A program made the position numbers and the translations under genes. This document shows, piece by piece, positions 48,245-58,412 of a stretch of DNA of 64,000 nucleotides. Source of the stretch: Candidatus Latescibacterota bacterium (GTDB taxonomy: Bacteria > Latescibacterota > UBA2968). Position 1 is the stretch's first letter, and each line of letters begins with the position of its first letter. The stretch covers positions 2,368,001-2,432,000 of the forward strand of contig OZ241986.1 of NCBI GenBank assembly GCA_965204375.1, in the 5' to 3' direction. The notes under the pieces are model-generated. The model was given only the letters and a program-made list of their open reading frames with translations, did no database searches and was not told the origin of the DNA.

Positions 48245-51200
48245 ATGAACCGCCAATCCGCCCTGTTACCGCGCATCTCAGTAAATCGCCCCGTTACGGT
48301 TGCGATGTGCCTGGTCGCGTTATTACTGGTGGGTATTATGGCCTATTTCCGCGTACCGGTGAAATTTTTCCCATCGGGATTTACACCGGCTTTTTTATAT
48401 GTAGATATTGAATACAATCACCGCAACGCCTCGCCCCAGGAAGCCGAACAACAAATCGCCCATCCGCTGGAAGAACAGTTGCGCGCAGTAAAGGGAATAA
48501 AGAAAATTCGCACGTACAGCGCGTCTTACGGCGTGGATGCGCCCATTGAATTCCAGCCCGATACAGATATGGTCCTGGCTTATAATCAGGTGGTTGACCG
48601 CCTCGAACGTCTCAAATTAGAATTGCCAGAAGATGTGCGCGATCAAGTCTATGTGTATAAATTCAATGTAGATAGCTGGTCCATTATGTGGGCGGGTGTC
48701 TCTCTGGATCCATCCATTACCGATCCCCATAAGTTCTTAAACCTGCATGTGAAACGGCGTTTGGAACGGGTCGAGGGTGTGGGCAGAGTCAGCTTTTGGG
48801 GTGTGGATGAAAAAGAAATCATGATTGAACTCAGCCACGAGCGATTGATGACCCGGGGGGTGGATTTGGGAACGGTGGTGCAATCGCTGCGATCGGACAA
48901 CTTCGCGCTTTCGGTCGGGCATGTGCGCGAAGGCGGCAAGCGATTTTTCGTGCGATCACTCGCCAAATATCAAAGTATAGATGAAATCAAAAATATCCTC
49001 ATCCGCACCCCCCAGAGCGAAGTCCGCCTCGGAGATATATCAGACGTAGTTTACGATATCCCTGGACGGTCCTGGTATCAGCGCATTGATGGACGAGAAG
49101 CCGTATCAATCGCAATTTATCAAGAATCAGGTGCCAATATTGTAGAAGTATGCGCGCGCGTGGTAGCTGCCTTGCAAGAGATCGAAAACGATCCGCTAAT
49201 GGGGAAACAGATCGCTTTTAATGTATTTTTTAATCAGGGCGAATACATCAACGATTCGATTCGCAATTTGGAAACCACAGGACTTTGGGGCGGGCTATTT
49301 GCCGCGATGGTCTTACTATTCTTTTTGCGAACAGTGCGGATGACGGCGATTATCACCCTATCTATCCCTCTGTGTGTGATGATCACAATTACGGCACTTT
49401 ATTTTCTCGGCTGGTCACTCAATGTCCTGACCATGATGGGACTGATGGTGGGCGTGGGGATGGTGGTCGATAATGCCATTGTGATCCTGGAAAATATCTA
49501 TCGCATGCGCGGCAAAGGGCTGCCCACAAAAGAAGCGGCCATCGCAGGTGCCGGCGAAGTCGGGCTGGCGATCACCATGGCGACGCTGACAACCGTTGTG
49601 GTATTTTTGCCGCTGATGCTGATGAGTGGCAGTGTAGAACTGACCTTTTTCCTCGCGCGTATTGGCGTTCCGGTTGTGGTCGCACTTGTTGGATCGCTAT
49701 TTGTGGCACTTATTTTTATTCCTCAGGCGGCATTGCGTTTTGGCGGTTCCCAGGTCAAATCCGACCCCGCGATCATTCAACGCATGCGCCATTATTACGC
49801 GCGCATGCTAAACTGGACGCTCGCCCATCGGCGCGATGCATTTTTGATCGCCCTCGTCCTGCTCGGAAGCATCAGCTATCCGATGAACGAACTCAAACGC
49901 GGCGACTCAGACGGCAGCATGCTCAACGATTTTCGCATCGAGTTTAGTTTTCCAAAGGATTTTAGCATTCGAGATGCCAGCGACACAATCGCAGAAGTCG
50001 AGGATTTTTTGGAGCCTCGTCGAGAGAAATACGGGATTGAAACCATGCGCGTGTGGTTCAGATCTACGTATGGCTCCATTCACGTCTTTCTGAAAAAGAC
50101 CGATGAGACGTGGTGGCAGACAACCTATAAATCCGTACGCACATTGATCGGTATTCCCATACAACAGCACTTACCGCGCAACGCCGTCATCGAAGACATG
50201 AAAAAGCATGCCCCCCAATTTGTAGGCGTCAAAGTAGCTGTACAGGGGCAAGGCAGGAGCGGTAGCGAAGGCGGCGATTCATCCATATCACTCATGCTCT
50301 ATGGGGATAATGTCGATGTACTCGCGGATCTGGTGGAAGAGGTTGAGCGACGGCTGAGAAATATCCCTTCGGTCATAAGCGTAGATTCCGACCTGGAACG
50401 CGCCAATGATGAAGTACAGGTCATTATCGACCGGGAACGCGCACAAAAATTTGGACTCGTAGCGCGAGACGTGGGGCGCAGCATTGGTTTCGCGCTCCAG
50501 GGCGTACAATTGCCCTATCTCCAGTCTGACAACCACGAAATCAGAGTGCGATTGTATTTGGAAAAATTGAATCAGCAAACACTGCAACGCCTGAAGCGTT
50601 TGACTTTTCCGTCTGAAACGGGCGCACAGGTTTCATTGCTGGACTTTGCCACCCTGCGCGTAGATCAAGGACGCGGCACCATCAGGCGAGAAGATGGCAA
50701 AACGCGGTTGCGGGTGCGGGCTTTCACTACCGAAGAAGATATCAAAGAACTGTATGGAGAAATTGACCGCGCAATGGAAGGATTTGAGATGCCGCGCGGT
50801 TATACCTGGGACAAAGGAGAAAGATATTCCAAGCTGCGGGAAGAAGATTATACCATGTATTTTGCCGCGATTATGGCTGTGACCTGCGTATTCCTTTTAA
50901 TGGGCGTTTTGTTCGAGTCTTTTATCCTGCCATTTTCCGTTTTGTTTTCCATCCCCTTTGCCCTTCTGGGAGTTTATTGGACGCTATTTGCGACCCAAAC
51001 ACCTATGGCCGGGTTGGCCATGGTGGGTATAATTGTACTCATCGGTGTGGTCGTCAACAACGCGATTGTACTGGTCGATATGGTGAATCGCCTGCGCGCA
51101 GAAGGCCTGAATCGAACGGCCGCAATCATGGAGGCGGGTGCAAATCGCTTTCGCCCCATTATGATGACGACATTTACAACCGTCTGTGGCCTTTTGCCAA

Positions 51201-51418
51201 TGGCTTTGGGAAGCAGTAAAGTTTTGGGACAGCCCTATGCACCTATGGGATTCACCATGATCGGCGGCCTGCTCTCTTCGACCCTGCTCACCCTGCTACT
51301 CGTCCCCCTGTTTTACACATTTTTAGATGACTTGCGCTCAGCTCTCAAAAGGCTGACAAATAGTGCCCTCAACGCGCTGAAAATTGGCGATACACAGGCG
51401 GCGGACATGGCGGATTAA
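48245..51418 (+). CDS. RND efflux transporter permease (AcrB/AcrD/AcrF family)
   Basis: SVNRPVT, GMVVDNAIVILENI, VVNNAIVLVD, RFRPIMMT. Confidence 0.95.
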   Translation: MNRQSALLPRISVNRPVTVAMCLVALLLVGIMAYFRVPVKFFPSGFTPAFLYVDIEYNHRNASPQEAEQQIAHPLEEQLRAVKGIKKIRTYSASYGVDAPIEFQPDTDMVLAYNQVVDRLERLKLELPEDVRDQVYVYKFNVDSWSIMWAGVSLDPSITDPHKFLNLHVKRRLERVEGVGRVSFWGVDEKEIMIELSHERLMTRGVDLGTVVQSLRSDNFALSVGHVREGGKRFFVRSLAKYQSIDEIKNILIRTPQSEVRLGDISDVVYDIPGRSWYQRIDGREAVSIAIYQESGANIVEVCARVVAALQEIENDPLMGKQIAFNVFFNQGEYINDSIRNLETTGLWGGLFAAMVLLFFLRTVRMTAIITLSIPLCVMITITALYFLGWSLNVLTMMGLMVGVGMVVDNAIVILENIYRMRGKGLPTKEAAIAGAGEVGLAITMATLTTVVVFLPLMLMSGSVELTFFLARIGVPVVVALVGSLFVALIFIPQAALRFGGSQVKSDPAIIQRMRHYYARMLNWTLAHRRDAFLIALVLLGSISYPMNELKRGDSDGSMLNDFRIEFSFPKDFSIRDASDTIAEVEDFLEPRREKYGIETMRVWFRSTYGSIHVFLKKTDETWWQTTYKSVRTLIGIPIQQHLPRNAVIEDMKKHAPQFVGVKVAVQGQGRSGSEGGDSSISLMLYGDNVDVLADLVEEVERRLRNIPSVISVDSDLERANDEVQVIIDRERAQKFGLVARDVGRSIGFALQGVQLPYLQSDNHEIRVRLYLEKLNQQTLQRLKRLTFPSETGAQVSLLDFATLRVDQGRGTIRREDGKTRLRVRAFTTEEDIKELYGEIDRAMEGFEMPRGYTWDKGERYSKLREEDYTMYFAAIMAVTCVFLLMGVLFESFILPFSVLFSIPFALLGVYWTLFATQTPMAGLAMVGIIVLIGVVVNNAIVLVDMVNRLRAEGLNRTAAIMEAGANRFRPIMMTTFTTVCGLLPMALGSSKVLGQPYAPMGFTMIGGLLSSTLLTLLLVPLFYTFLDDLRSALKRLTNSALNALKIGDTQAADMAD

Positions 51419-51449
51419 AAAGGTGAGACGTAAAAGGTAAGACGTAAAA
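51416..51449 (+). repeat. 14-bp (2x7) tandem repeat at the RND stop codon
   Basis: TAAAA AGGTGAGACG TAAAAGGTAAGACG TAAAA. Confidence 0.65.
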
Positions 51450-51453
51450 CTCG

Positions 51454-51484
51454 AAACGCACCCACGGCGCAGGTGGGTGCGTTT
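51454..51484. terminator. Bidirectional terminator between convergent genes
   Basis: AAACGCACCCAC-GGCGCAG-GTGGGTGCGTTT, perfect 12-bp stem. Confidence 0.8.
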
Positions 51485-51486
51485 AT

Positions 51487-52818
51487 TTATTCAATCACAC
51501 TCCGCAAACTCTGCTCATGCACCTCAGCTTCCGGCCAATGCGTATTCAGAATATCTCTAATATTATCCCTCGGTCCACGAAAGACCATGATCATGTTATT
51601 CGACACAAAAAATTTTTCGAGAAAAGAACGCACTTCCTCATCAGTAACCGAATCATAACCGCCTTCGCGTCTTGGCGTGTTATAAATGGCTCTATATACG
51701 TCACGGTTAAGGCTTCTCTGTGGTGTCTGGTTGTGGACATCTGACACCTTGAGAATTTCACGCCGCTCTTTGAGTGCTTCCCAAAAGCGCGGATTGTCGG
51801 GGAGTTCTCGGAGGAAATCGGACATTTTCTGTATCAGTTCTTCGCTATTGTGGAGTTGAGGATCGGCGTAAATTTCAAAATATATAACCTCTTCTGATGC
51901 CCTCACCCTACAAGAAGGACTATAGGTCAATCCCAATTCTTCTCTAAAATATTTGGGAATTAGACCATGAATATCCCCCCTAAGCGCATTTGCTATAAGT
52001 GCCGGAACATACCCTTCTGCACCGAGATTTCCAAAGGGGATCAACCAGTGACAAAAAACACTCTTTATACTCGAATTAAACACAAAAGCCGTAGGACCAA
52101 TTTTAGAATCGGTTTTTAAATGCGCCAATGAATGCACAAACCCGCCCGTCTCCCGTTCTTTTGTAATTGGATGAAGCAACTTCGCCACCTCAGTGGAATC
52201 AAGGTCTGAGATCACCTTAAAAAACACCACGTCTGTTTTCAGAAGCTGATCATAATATTGTCTGATATCCTCAAGCGAGAGATTCTTAAGCGTTTTTAAG
52301 GATCTTTGTTTCTTTATACCCATTGTTTGTTCAAGAGCAAATGTTCTCCTCATCATAGAGGCATTCCTTCGCACATCATTTTGGTAGATAGTCGTCAGTT
52401 GTTCTTTCACCTCTTTCAAATCGAGATCGGAAAATTCTAAATTCTGTATCAAATCCGCGACTATTTTTATAGACTCACCGCAATTCCTGGACAGGGCAGA
52501 AATGGATATGGTCTGGTAGTATGTACTGGTACTGGTACTGGTATTGAACACGGCCCCTGATGCAGATAACCGATCCATGTATCCTCGTCTTTTTGCAGCA
52601 TCCCAAATCATTCTCCAGACTGTTGTTGCAAGCCCAATTTGAGAAGGCTGGTCCTGATTTCTCCCGGCTCCGAGGAAGACAATATCAATTTTTGTCAACG
52701 GAGCGCGTGTGTCATTGCGATAAAAAATATGGTGGTTGGGAATTTCTGCAAAAGCAGACAGGACACCAACCACGTAACACAGGGCAAAACTAAGCGTCAC
52801 TTTTAGAAACATATTCAT
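51487..52818 (-). CDS. M16 peptidase-like subunit lacking HxxEH
   Basis: Signal peptide, GAGRNQD....GLA, LSLEDIRQYY, REELGLTYS, SVTDEEVRSFLEKFF. Confidence 0.7.
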   Translation of the reverse strand: MNMFLKVTLSFALCYVVGVLSAFAEIPNHHIFYRNDTRAPLTKIDIVFLGAGRNQDQPSQIGLATTVWRMIWDAAKRRGYMDRLSASGAVFNTSTSTSTYYQTISISALSRNCGESIKIVADLIQNLEFSDLDLKEVKEQLTTIYQNDVRRNASMMRRTFALEQTMGIKKQRSLKTLKNLSLEDIRQYYDQLLKTDVVFFKVISDLDSTEVAKLLHPITKERETGGFVHSLAHLKTDSKIGPTAFVFNSSIKSVFCHWLIPFGNLGAEGYVPALIANALRGDIHGLIPKYFREELGLTYSPSCRVRASEEVIYFEIYADPQLHNSEELIQKMSDFLRELPDNPRFWEALKERREILKVSDVHNQTPQRSLNRDVYRAIYNTPRREGGYDSVTDEEVRSFLEKFFVSNNMIMVFRGPRDNIRDILNTHWPEAEVHEQSLRSVIE

Positions 52819-52884
52819 TGGCCTTTCGGGAAAATTTCTGGTGCAACTTTCTGATATCAACTTGCCTGGAGACCGACTTGCATC

Positions 52885-54204
52885 CTATTTTGAAGTTTTT
52901 GTATCCTGTCTTAATCTCAAGGACAGGGTTATGGAATTGTCATCTGCCATGTACCGGTCTATGATGCGCCGAATATCTTCAGTGCTAACAGATCCGATAT
53001 CCTTGATCAATTTCGGATACAGCATCGGATCGTTAGTATGGGCGAATGCCAGCCCGAATGAATTAGCCATGCTTGAGCGGTTGTAAAATGCGGAATACAT
53101 GCTCTGCAATTGTTCATTGCGGGCTGCATTGAGCTCATCTTTAGAGATCGACTTTATCTTCTCCAACTCGATACGAATAATATCATGGACAGCATCTGAA
53201 GACGTAGAATGAGGCAGGTCTGCCGCACAAGTCATCAAACTAAATCCTCTATAATGGTTGAGTCCCATACTAAAAACCTTCGCAAGCCCAGAATCAACGA
53301 TATAAGACCTCAATGAATTTGAACTTTTATTCAAAATGCGGGCAAGAATGAACAATCCCGCATAGTCGCGATGGCCTAAACCGGGCAGATACCAGCTTTT
53401 CCTGAATCTGGCAGCACTGAGACCTCTTGAAGTAATCGTAAACTTTTTTCCCAAAACTTTGGGCTTAGAAAATTGAGGAGATGACAATGCGCCCGGTGTT
53501 TGCTCATTGCCATAAGCTTCGTCCAATTTGGCCAGAACATAGTCAATATCTACATCGCCGATTATGACAATCAATCTCTTTTGGCGGCGCAGAAAATTCT
53601 CATGGTACGCTCTCAAACCAACGGGTTCGAGTTGTTTAATAAAATCCTCAGTACCCAGGCTAATAAAGTTCTTCTTTCCATAGATTAAGCTGGAAAAAGA
53701 ATAAATAAATCTTGCTGTTGGACTTGCCAGTCTGCGGCTTCGTTCTGTCAGTACAATTTTCTTTTCCATTTCAACGACTTCTTCATTAATCACTGTGTTA
53801 TAATATCTTTCCGAATCTATCTCAACAGCGAGATCAAATTTGTCTTTTGGAAATCTCAGCATAAAGCGCGTAACATGATAAGAAACAGCTGCGCTTTTTT
53901 GCCCTCCATTCTTGCTAACGATTTCGTCCTGGCCTCCGGTGCCTGAGATGAGATGCTCTAAGAAGTGTATTCGTCCTTGTTTACCCTCTTCCTCATCTGC
54001 CGCCCCAGCACTGTAGTAGGTATGGTATTCAAATGTCGGGATTGTCCGATCTACAACAATCACGGCGTCGAGATTTGGATTGATGGTATAATGCTGCGCG
54101 GTGAGTTCTTTGGACATCACCTCCGTCTCAATAAGCTCATAAGCTGCGCAATGACCCGACAAGCCCCATACGATAAATAAAATAAAAACATAAATTTTCT
54201 TCAT
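52885..54204 (-). CDS. M16 (insulinase/pitrilysin) metallopeptidase, catalytic subunit
   Basis: Signal peptide, GAADEEEGKQGRIHFLEH, EKKIVLTER, IIGD, VSTEDIRR. Confidence 0.88.
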   Translation of the reverse strand: MKKIYVFILFIVWGLSGHCAAYELIETEVMSKELTAQHYTINPNLDAVIVVDRTIPTFEYHTYYSAGAADEEEGKQGRIHFLEHLISGTGGQDEIVSKNGGQKSAAVSYHVTRFMLRFPKDKFDLAVEIDSERYYNTVINEEVVEMEKKIVLTERSRRLASPTARFIYSFSSLIYGKKNFISLGTEDFIKQLEPVGLRAYHENFLRRQKRLIVIIGDVDIDYVLAKLDEAYGNEQTPGALSSPQFSKPKVLGKKFTITSRGLSAARFRKSWYLPGLGHRDYAGLFILARILNKSSNSLRSYIVDSGLAKVFSMGLNHYRGFSLMTCAADLPHSTSSDAVHDIIRIELEKIKSISKDELNAARNEQLQSMYSAFYNRSSMANSFGLAFAHTNDPMLYPKLIKDIGSVSTEDIRRIIDRYMADDNSITLSLRLRQDTKTSK

Positions 54205-54213
54205 ATTTAAACC

Positions 54214-55239
54214 TCACGAAAGTTCGACATCCACCGGCGCTTTTCGCTCAATACTATCGCAAATCGCCTCGCATACCACCATCGCCTGACACGCATCTCT
54301 CAGAGTTGGTGAATCTGACGCACCCTTTTGTACAGCCCGTGCAAAAGCCTGCATTTGCCCCCAGTATCCACCTCGTTTTTCCGCATTGTCGCGCACCGCG
54401 GGTGAATACGATTGAGATGGAATACCGGGCGAAGGTTGGTATCCCCCTTCGGGCGAGTGGGGTTCAAAATCCAACGTGTGCAAATTATCCAAACGCAAAT
54501 GTGCTCGCGCATCGCCCGCCGCTTCAATTTTACACGTCCAATTTGGAGTACAGCCCGTCAGGGTAATGGTTCCAGTGGCACCACTATCAAAATGCGCGGT
54601 ACAGGCAATTGCAAATCGCCCGCCCTCACCAACCGATAAATCCGCGTAAACCCGCTCGATTTCCCCACCCAAAAAACGCGCGAGATCTACCGCGTGTGTT
54701 GACTGAAAAATCATATACTGCCAACCCGCACGATAGTCCATATCATCCTGCCACATCGGGCTGGGCATAAAATATCTGCTCTCTAAAAAAAGCAATTTAC
54801 CAAACTCGGGCGTCGCCATCAACTCTCGAAATTTTTGCACCCCGGGCGCGTGTCGCATATTGTGACCGATCTGCGTAATCAACCCTCGCCCCTCTGCCAT
54901 ATCGGCCAATTCCTGTGCCTGGGCTGTTAAACGCGCCGGAGGCTTCTCCATCATCAACGGCAACCCCGCCGCCAGCACCTGCTTGCCGCACTCAAAATGC
55001 ATATCTGGCGGCCCCACGACCATCACGGCATCCAGATCTTCTTTTTCGATCATATCGGACAAATCTGTGTACCATCTTCTTGCCCCAAAAAACCGCGCAT
55101 TGCGCTCGGCTAACGCCGCTTGCAAATCACAGCAGGCGTACAGATCCAATTCCGGTATGGTTGCAAAATTGGGATACCACGATGCACTCGCCTGTTTTCC
55201 ACAGCCTACAAACCCAACGCGAACAGGAGCGTCACTCAT
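54214..55239 (-). CDS. Gfo/Idh/MocA oxidoreductase
   Basis: VGFVGCG, MEKP, GHNMR, HAVD. Confidence 0.92.
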   Translation of the reverse strand: MSDAPVRVGFVGCGKQASASWYPNFATIPELDLYACCDLQAALAERNARFFGARRWYTDLSDMIEKEDLDAVMVVGPPDMHFECGKQVLAAGLPLMMEKPPARLTAQAQELADMAEGRGLITQIGHNMRHAPGVQKFRELMATPEFGKLLFLESRYFMPSPMWQDDMDYRAGWQYMIFQSTHAVDLARFLGGEIERVYADLSVGEGGRFAIACTAHFDSGATGTITLTGCTPNWTCKIEAAGDARAHLRLDNLHTLDFEPHSPEGGYQPSPGIPSQSYSPAVRDNAEKRGGYWGQMQAFARAVQKGASDSPTLRDACQAMVVCEAICDSIERKAPVDVELS

Positions 55240-55784
55240 TTCTCACCTCTCAGTTTATCGCGAAACGACTTGCGAAACTTTTGCACCTTGGGATTGATAA
55301 CAAAGATGCAATACGGTTGATACGGATTCTCCACAAAATAATTCTGATGATAATCTTCCCCTTCATAAAATATTGGAAGCGGCGCAATCTCCGTCACAAT
55401 CGGATCGGGCCACAAATCCGATGCATCCGCCTCTGCCTTTGACTGCTCGGCAATGCTCTTCTGCTGTTCATCGTGATAAAAAATTACCGACCGATACTGC
55501 GTCCCCACGTCATTCCCCTGGCGATTCAATGTCGTTGGATCATGCGTACACCAAAAAATAAACAGTATCTCCTCAAACGAAATCACAGTCGGATCAAACA
55601 CAATCTGCACCACCTCAGCGTGCCCTGTGGTACCTGAACACACCTCCTGGTACGTCGGATTCTCTATCGTTCCCCCTGCATATCCCGACACGACTTTATG
55701 CACGCCAATCACATCTTGATAAATCGCCTCCACGCACCAAAAACACCCGCCCCCGAGCGTCGCGGTCTCCATTGTACTGGACAT
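55236..55784 (-). CDS. msrA: Peptide-methionine (S)-S-oxide reductase
   Basis: GGGCFWC, SGYAGG, GHAEVVQ, HDPT, EDYHQNY, YC. Confidence 0.97.
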   Translation of the reverse strand: MSSTMETATLGGGCFWCVEAIYQDVIGVHKVVSGYAGGTIENPTYQEVCSGTTGHAEVVQIVFDPTVISFEEILFIFWCTHDPTTLNRQGNDVGTQYRSVIFYHDEQQKSIAEQSKAEADASDLWPDPIVTEIAPLPIFYEGEDYHQNYFVENPYQPYCIFVINPKVQKFRKSFRDKLRGEK

Positions 55785-55979
55785 ATTAATACTCCTTCGT
55801 GGTTATTTGAACTCTGTAATTTTCATCCATCATATTCCCCCCCACACCTTTTGTCAAGGCGAAATCAGAATCCCATCGCGCAACAGATAGCGATTTTCTA
55901 TTTGACACACGCACGCGATCCTGTCAAATTAAACCTTTGTCTTATACCGTTATTTTTTTCAACCTTAAAGGAGATTTAC

Positions 55980-56804
55980 ATGCCCCAACGGGAATTCAAG
56001 CTCAAATACGCCCCGCATTACGGCCATTTCTCAAACAGCGCGGGCGACGACTATCTCGACCAGCTCAAATACGCTGCGGATCAGGGCTTTACAGCCTGGG
56101 AAGACAATGGCATGCCCAAACGCGACATAGGAATGCAAGAAAAAATCGCCGCAGAAATGACCCGATTAAACCTCGAAATGGGTGTTTTTGTCGCCACGGG
56201 ATCTTTTTCAGATGTCACATTTGCCGGCGACGACGAAGACGCAAAACAGGCCGTTCTAAAAGACATCAAAGCCGCCATTGAAGTTGCCAAGCGCGTAAAT
56301 GCAAAATGGTGTACGGTCGTGCCCGGACTTTACGATTTAAAACTCGCGTGGGATTATCAAACAGCCAATGTGATCGAACTGCTCAAACGATGCTGCGACA
56401 TCCTCGAAGAATCGGGTCTGGTAATGGTATTGGAACCGCTCAACCGCCTGACGAACCACCCCCGCGTTTATCTGGCTGGCTCGCCACAAGCATATCTGGT
56501 CTGTCAGGCCGTCAACCACCCGTGTTGCAAAATCCTTTTTGACATCTACCACCAGCAAATCACCGAAGGCAATCTCATACCCAACATCGACCGCTGCTGG
56601 TCTGAAATCGGCGTTTTTCAAGTGGGCGACAACCCCGGTCGCAAAGAACCCACCACTGGTGAGATCAACTACAAAAGTATCTTCAAGCATCTACACGAAA
56701 AAGGCTGCACGAGCATCGTCGGCATGGAACACGGCATCAGCCTGCCCGGCAAAGAAGGCGAAGACCGCCTGATCCAGGCTTATGTCGAATCGGATGATTT
56801 TTAG
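55980..56804 (+). CDS. Hydroxypyruvate isomerase family TIM-barrel protein
   Basis: VLEPLN, LFDIYHQQ..EG, GDNPGRKEPTTGEINY, GMEH. Confidence 0.9.
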   Translation: MPQREFKLKYAPHYGHFSNSAGDDYLDQLKYAADQGFTAWEDNGMPKRDIGMQEKIAAEMTRLNLEMGVFVATGSFSDVTFAGDDEDAKQAVLKDIKAAIEVAKRVNAKWCTVVPGLYDLKLAWDYQTANVIELLKRCCDILEESGLVMVLEPLNRLTNHPRVYLAGSPQAYLVCQAVNHPCCKILFDIYHQQITEGNLIPNIDRCWSEIGVFQVGDNPGRKEPTTGEINYKSIFKHLHEKGCTSIVGMEHGISLPGKEGEDRLIQAYVESDDF

Positions 56805-56820
56805 GTAAGGAGTCTATTTC

Positions 56821-57819
56821 ATGAAAGCAATTCTCGTCGGCCTCGGTGGTCGTGCGCGTCACTGGCAAGCCGCGTGTGAAGCACATCCCGAAGTCGAATT
56901 GGTCGCCTATGTTGAACCCTCAGAAGAAAACAAAAAACGCGCGATAGAAGAACGCGGTGTACCCGAGGATCTCATCTTCGACGACCTCAGCGATGCCGCC
57001 TCAATAGAAGCCGACTTTGTCGTAGATGTCACCCCACCCGCTGTTCACGAAACCATCGCGATGAAAGCCTTTGATGCGGGCCTCAATCTACTGGGCGAAA
57101 AACCCTTGAGCGATAATTTCGAAGCGGCTAAACGCATCGTTGAAGCGGGCAAAAAAGCAGGTGCCAAACACATGATCACACAGAACTATCGCTTTAATGA
57201 ACTGCCCCGCACCACAAGGCGCTTGCTCGAAACCAGACATATTGGCGACGTGGCGCAACTCGACGTATCGCTTTATGTCGATTGGGCAGACAACCCGGGC
57301 AGTCACTATGTGACGGAACCCTATATGTTCCTCACCGACATGGGCATCCACCACTTTGACATGATGCGCTACACCCTCAATGCCGACCCCGTCAGCGCGC
57401 AGGCCATCACCTGGAACTTGCCCTGGGGCTGGCATCAGGGCGATGCCTGCCAGATTATCGTCTTCAAATTTGAAAATGGCATTGTCGCCACACATCGCGG
57501 TATTGGCTGCACAATGGGACATGTACCTGCGGGACACAACGGCGAATGGCGCTACGAGGGGCCAAAAGGCACATTGACGTGGGAGGGCTTTGACCTCTTT
57601 TACACACTCAAGCACAAACAAAGTCCACAAATCCGCGAACAAATCGAACTCGACGAAATCGACGGACCAAATCCCGTGCTCAACGAATTTGTTCGCGCCC
57701 TTCAGGAAGACCGCCAACCCGAATGCAATGCCGAAGACAATCTGAAATCCATGTCCATGGTCTTCGGAGCCGTCACAAGTGCAAAGGAAGGCCGAGAAGT
57801 ACAGCTATCGGAACTATAA
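56821..57819 (+). CDS. Gfo/Idh/MocA oxidoreductase
   Basis: LVGLGG, GEKPL, QNYRF, DMGIHHFD. Confidence 0.92.
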   Translation: MKAILVGLGGRARHWQAACEAHPEVELVAYVEPSEENKKRAIEERGVPEDLIFDDLSDAASIEADFVVDVTPPAVHETIAMKAFDAGLNLLGEKPLSDNFEAAKRIVEAGKKAGAKHMITQNYRFNELPRTTRRLLETRHIGDVAQLDVSLYVDWADNPGSHYVTEPYMFLTDMGIHHFDMMRYTLNADPVSAQAITWNLPWGWHQGDACQIIVFKFENGIVATHRGIGCTMGHVPAGHNGEWRYEGPKGTLTWEGFDLFYTLKHKQSPQIREQIELDEIDGPNPVLNEFVRALQEDRQPECNAEDNLKSMSMVFGAVTSAKEGREVQLSEL

Positions 57820-57873
57820 AAAAGGGTCTGTGAGATTCTTGAACTGACATCAAAACAGATTTCTCAATCTCGA

Positions 57874-58065
57874 GTGATCGCCAAAGGCAATCGCATTCGC
57901 GATGTTCAACGTCTGGTTCATACTTATGGTGGTCGCGCATCAAGATGGATTAAAAAGAGCAGTCCCCGCTTTGAAATGGCTGGGTATCAATACGAAATTC
58001 ACTGGTATGAACATCCCGATATCGGGCGCATTGAGTTAAAACAAAAACGAGTTAACCCGCTATGA
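57874..58065 (+). CDS. Small basic protein, putative toxin (start may lie a few codons upstream)
   Basis: IAKG.RIRD..RL...YGG....W.K...EIHWYE...IG..ELK.K; ATGA overlap with the next gene. Confidence 0.6.
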   Translation: MIAKGNRIRDVQRLVHTYGGRASRWIKKSSPRFEMAGYQYEIHWYEHPDIGRIELKQKRVNPL

Positions 58066-58397
58066 TTGTCCAATTTAGAGAACAGAATACTGAATATCCC
58101 GATCTCACACCCAATCAATATTATGTTGTAATTGGGATAGAAGCCGATGATTTCAGAATCTTGAACGACGCTGGCAGACCCTTTCTCTATGATGCTTCAT
58201 TATTTGAGGTAGTCGATTCCAAGGAACCTGACGATTGGGTAATAGAGATTGGCGAAGATGGCGAGCGTTATGCCTATCCATTGCCGTTAAATTCGGTTGG
58301 TTTCTTTGAGGACTTTTTTGACGGGAAGAAAGACGCAGTCGTCACATTCTGGCGGATTGTCAATCATCAACTTGCTGCTGCATCGGAAACTGTTTAA
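58062..58397 (+). CDS. Small acidic protein, putative immunity/antitoxin
   Basis: DLTPNQYYVVIGIEADDFRILNDAGRPFLY...FEV; translationally coupled to the upstream basic ORF. Confidence 0.65.
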   Translation: MIVQFREQNTEYPDLTPNQYYVVIGIEADDFRILNDAGRPFLYDASLFEVVDSKEPDDWVIEIGEDGERYAYPLPLNSVGFFEDFFDGKKDAVVTFWRIVNHQLAAASETV

Positions 58398-58412
58398 GAT
58401 AAAGGAGACCAC

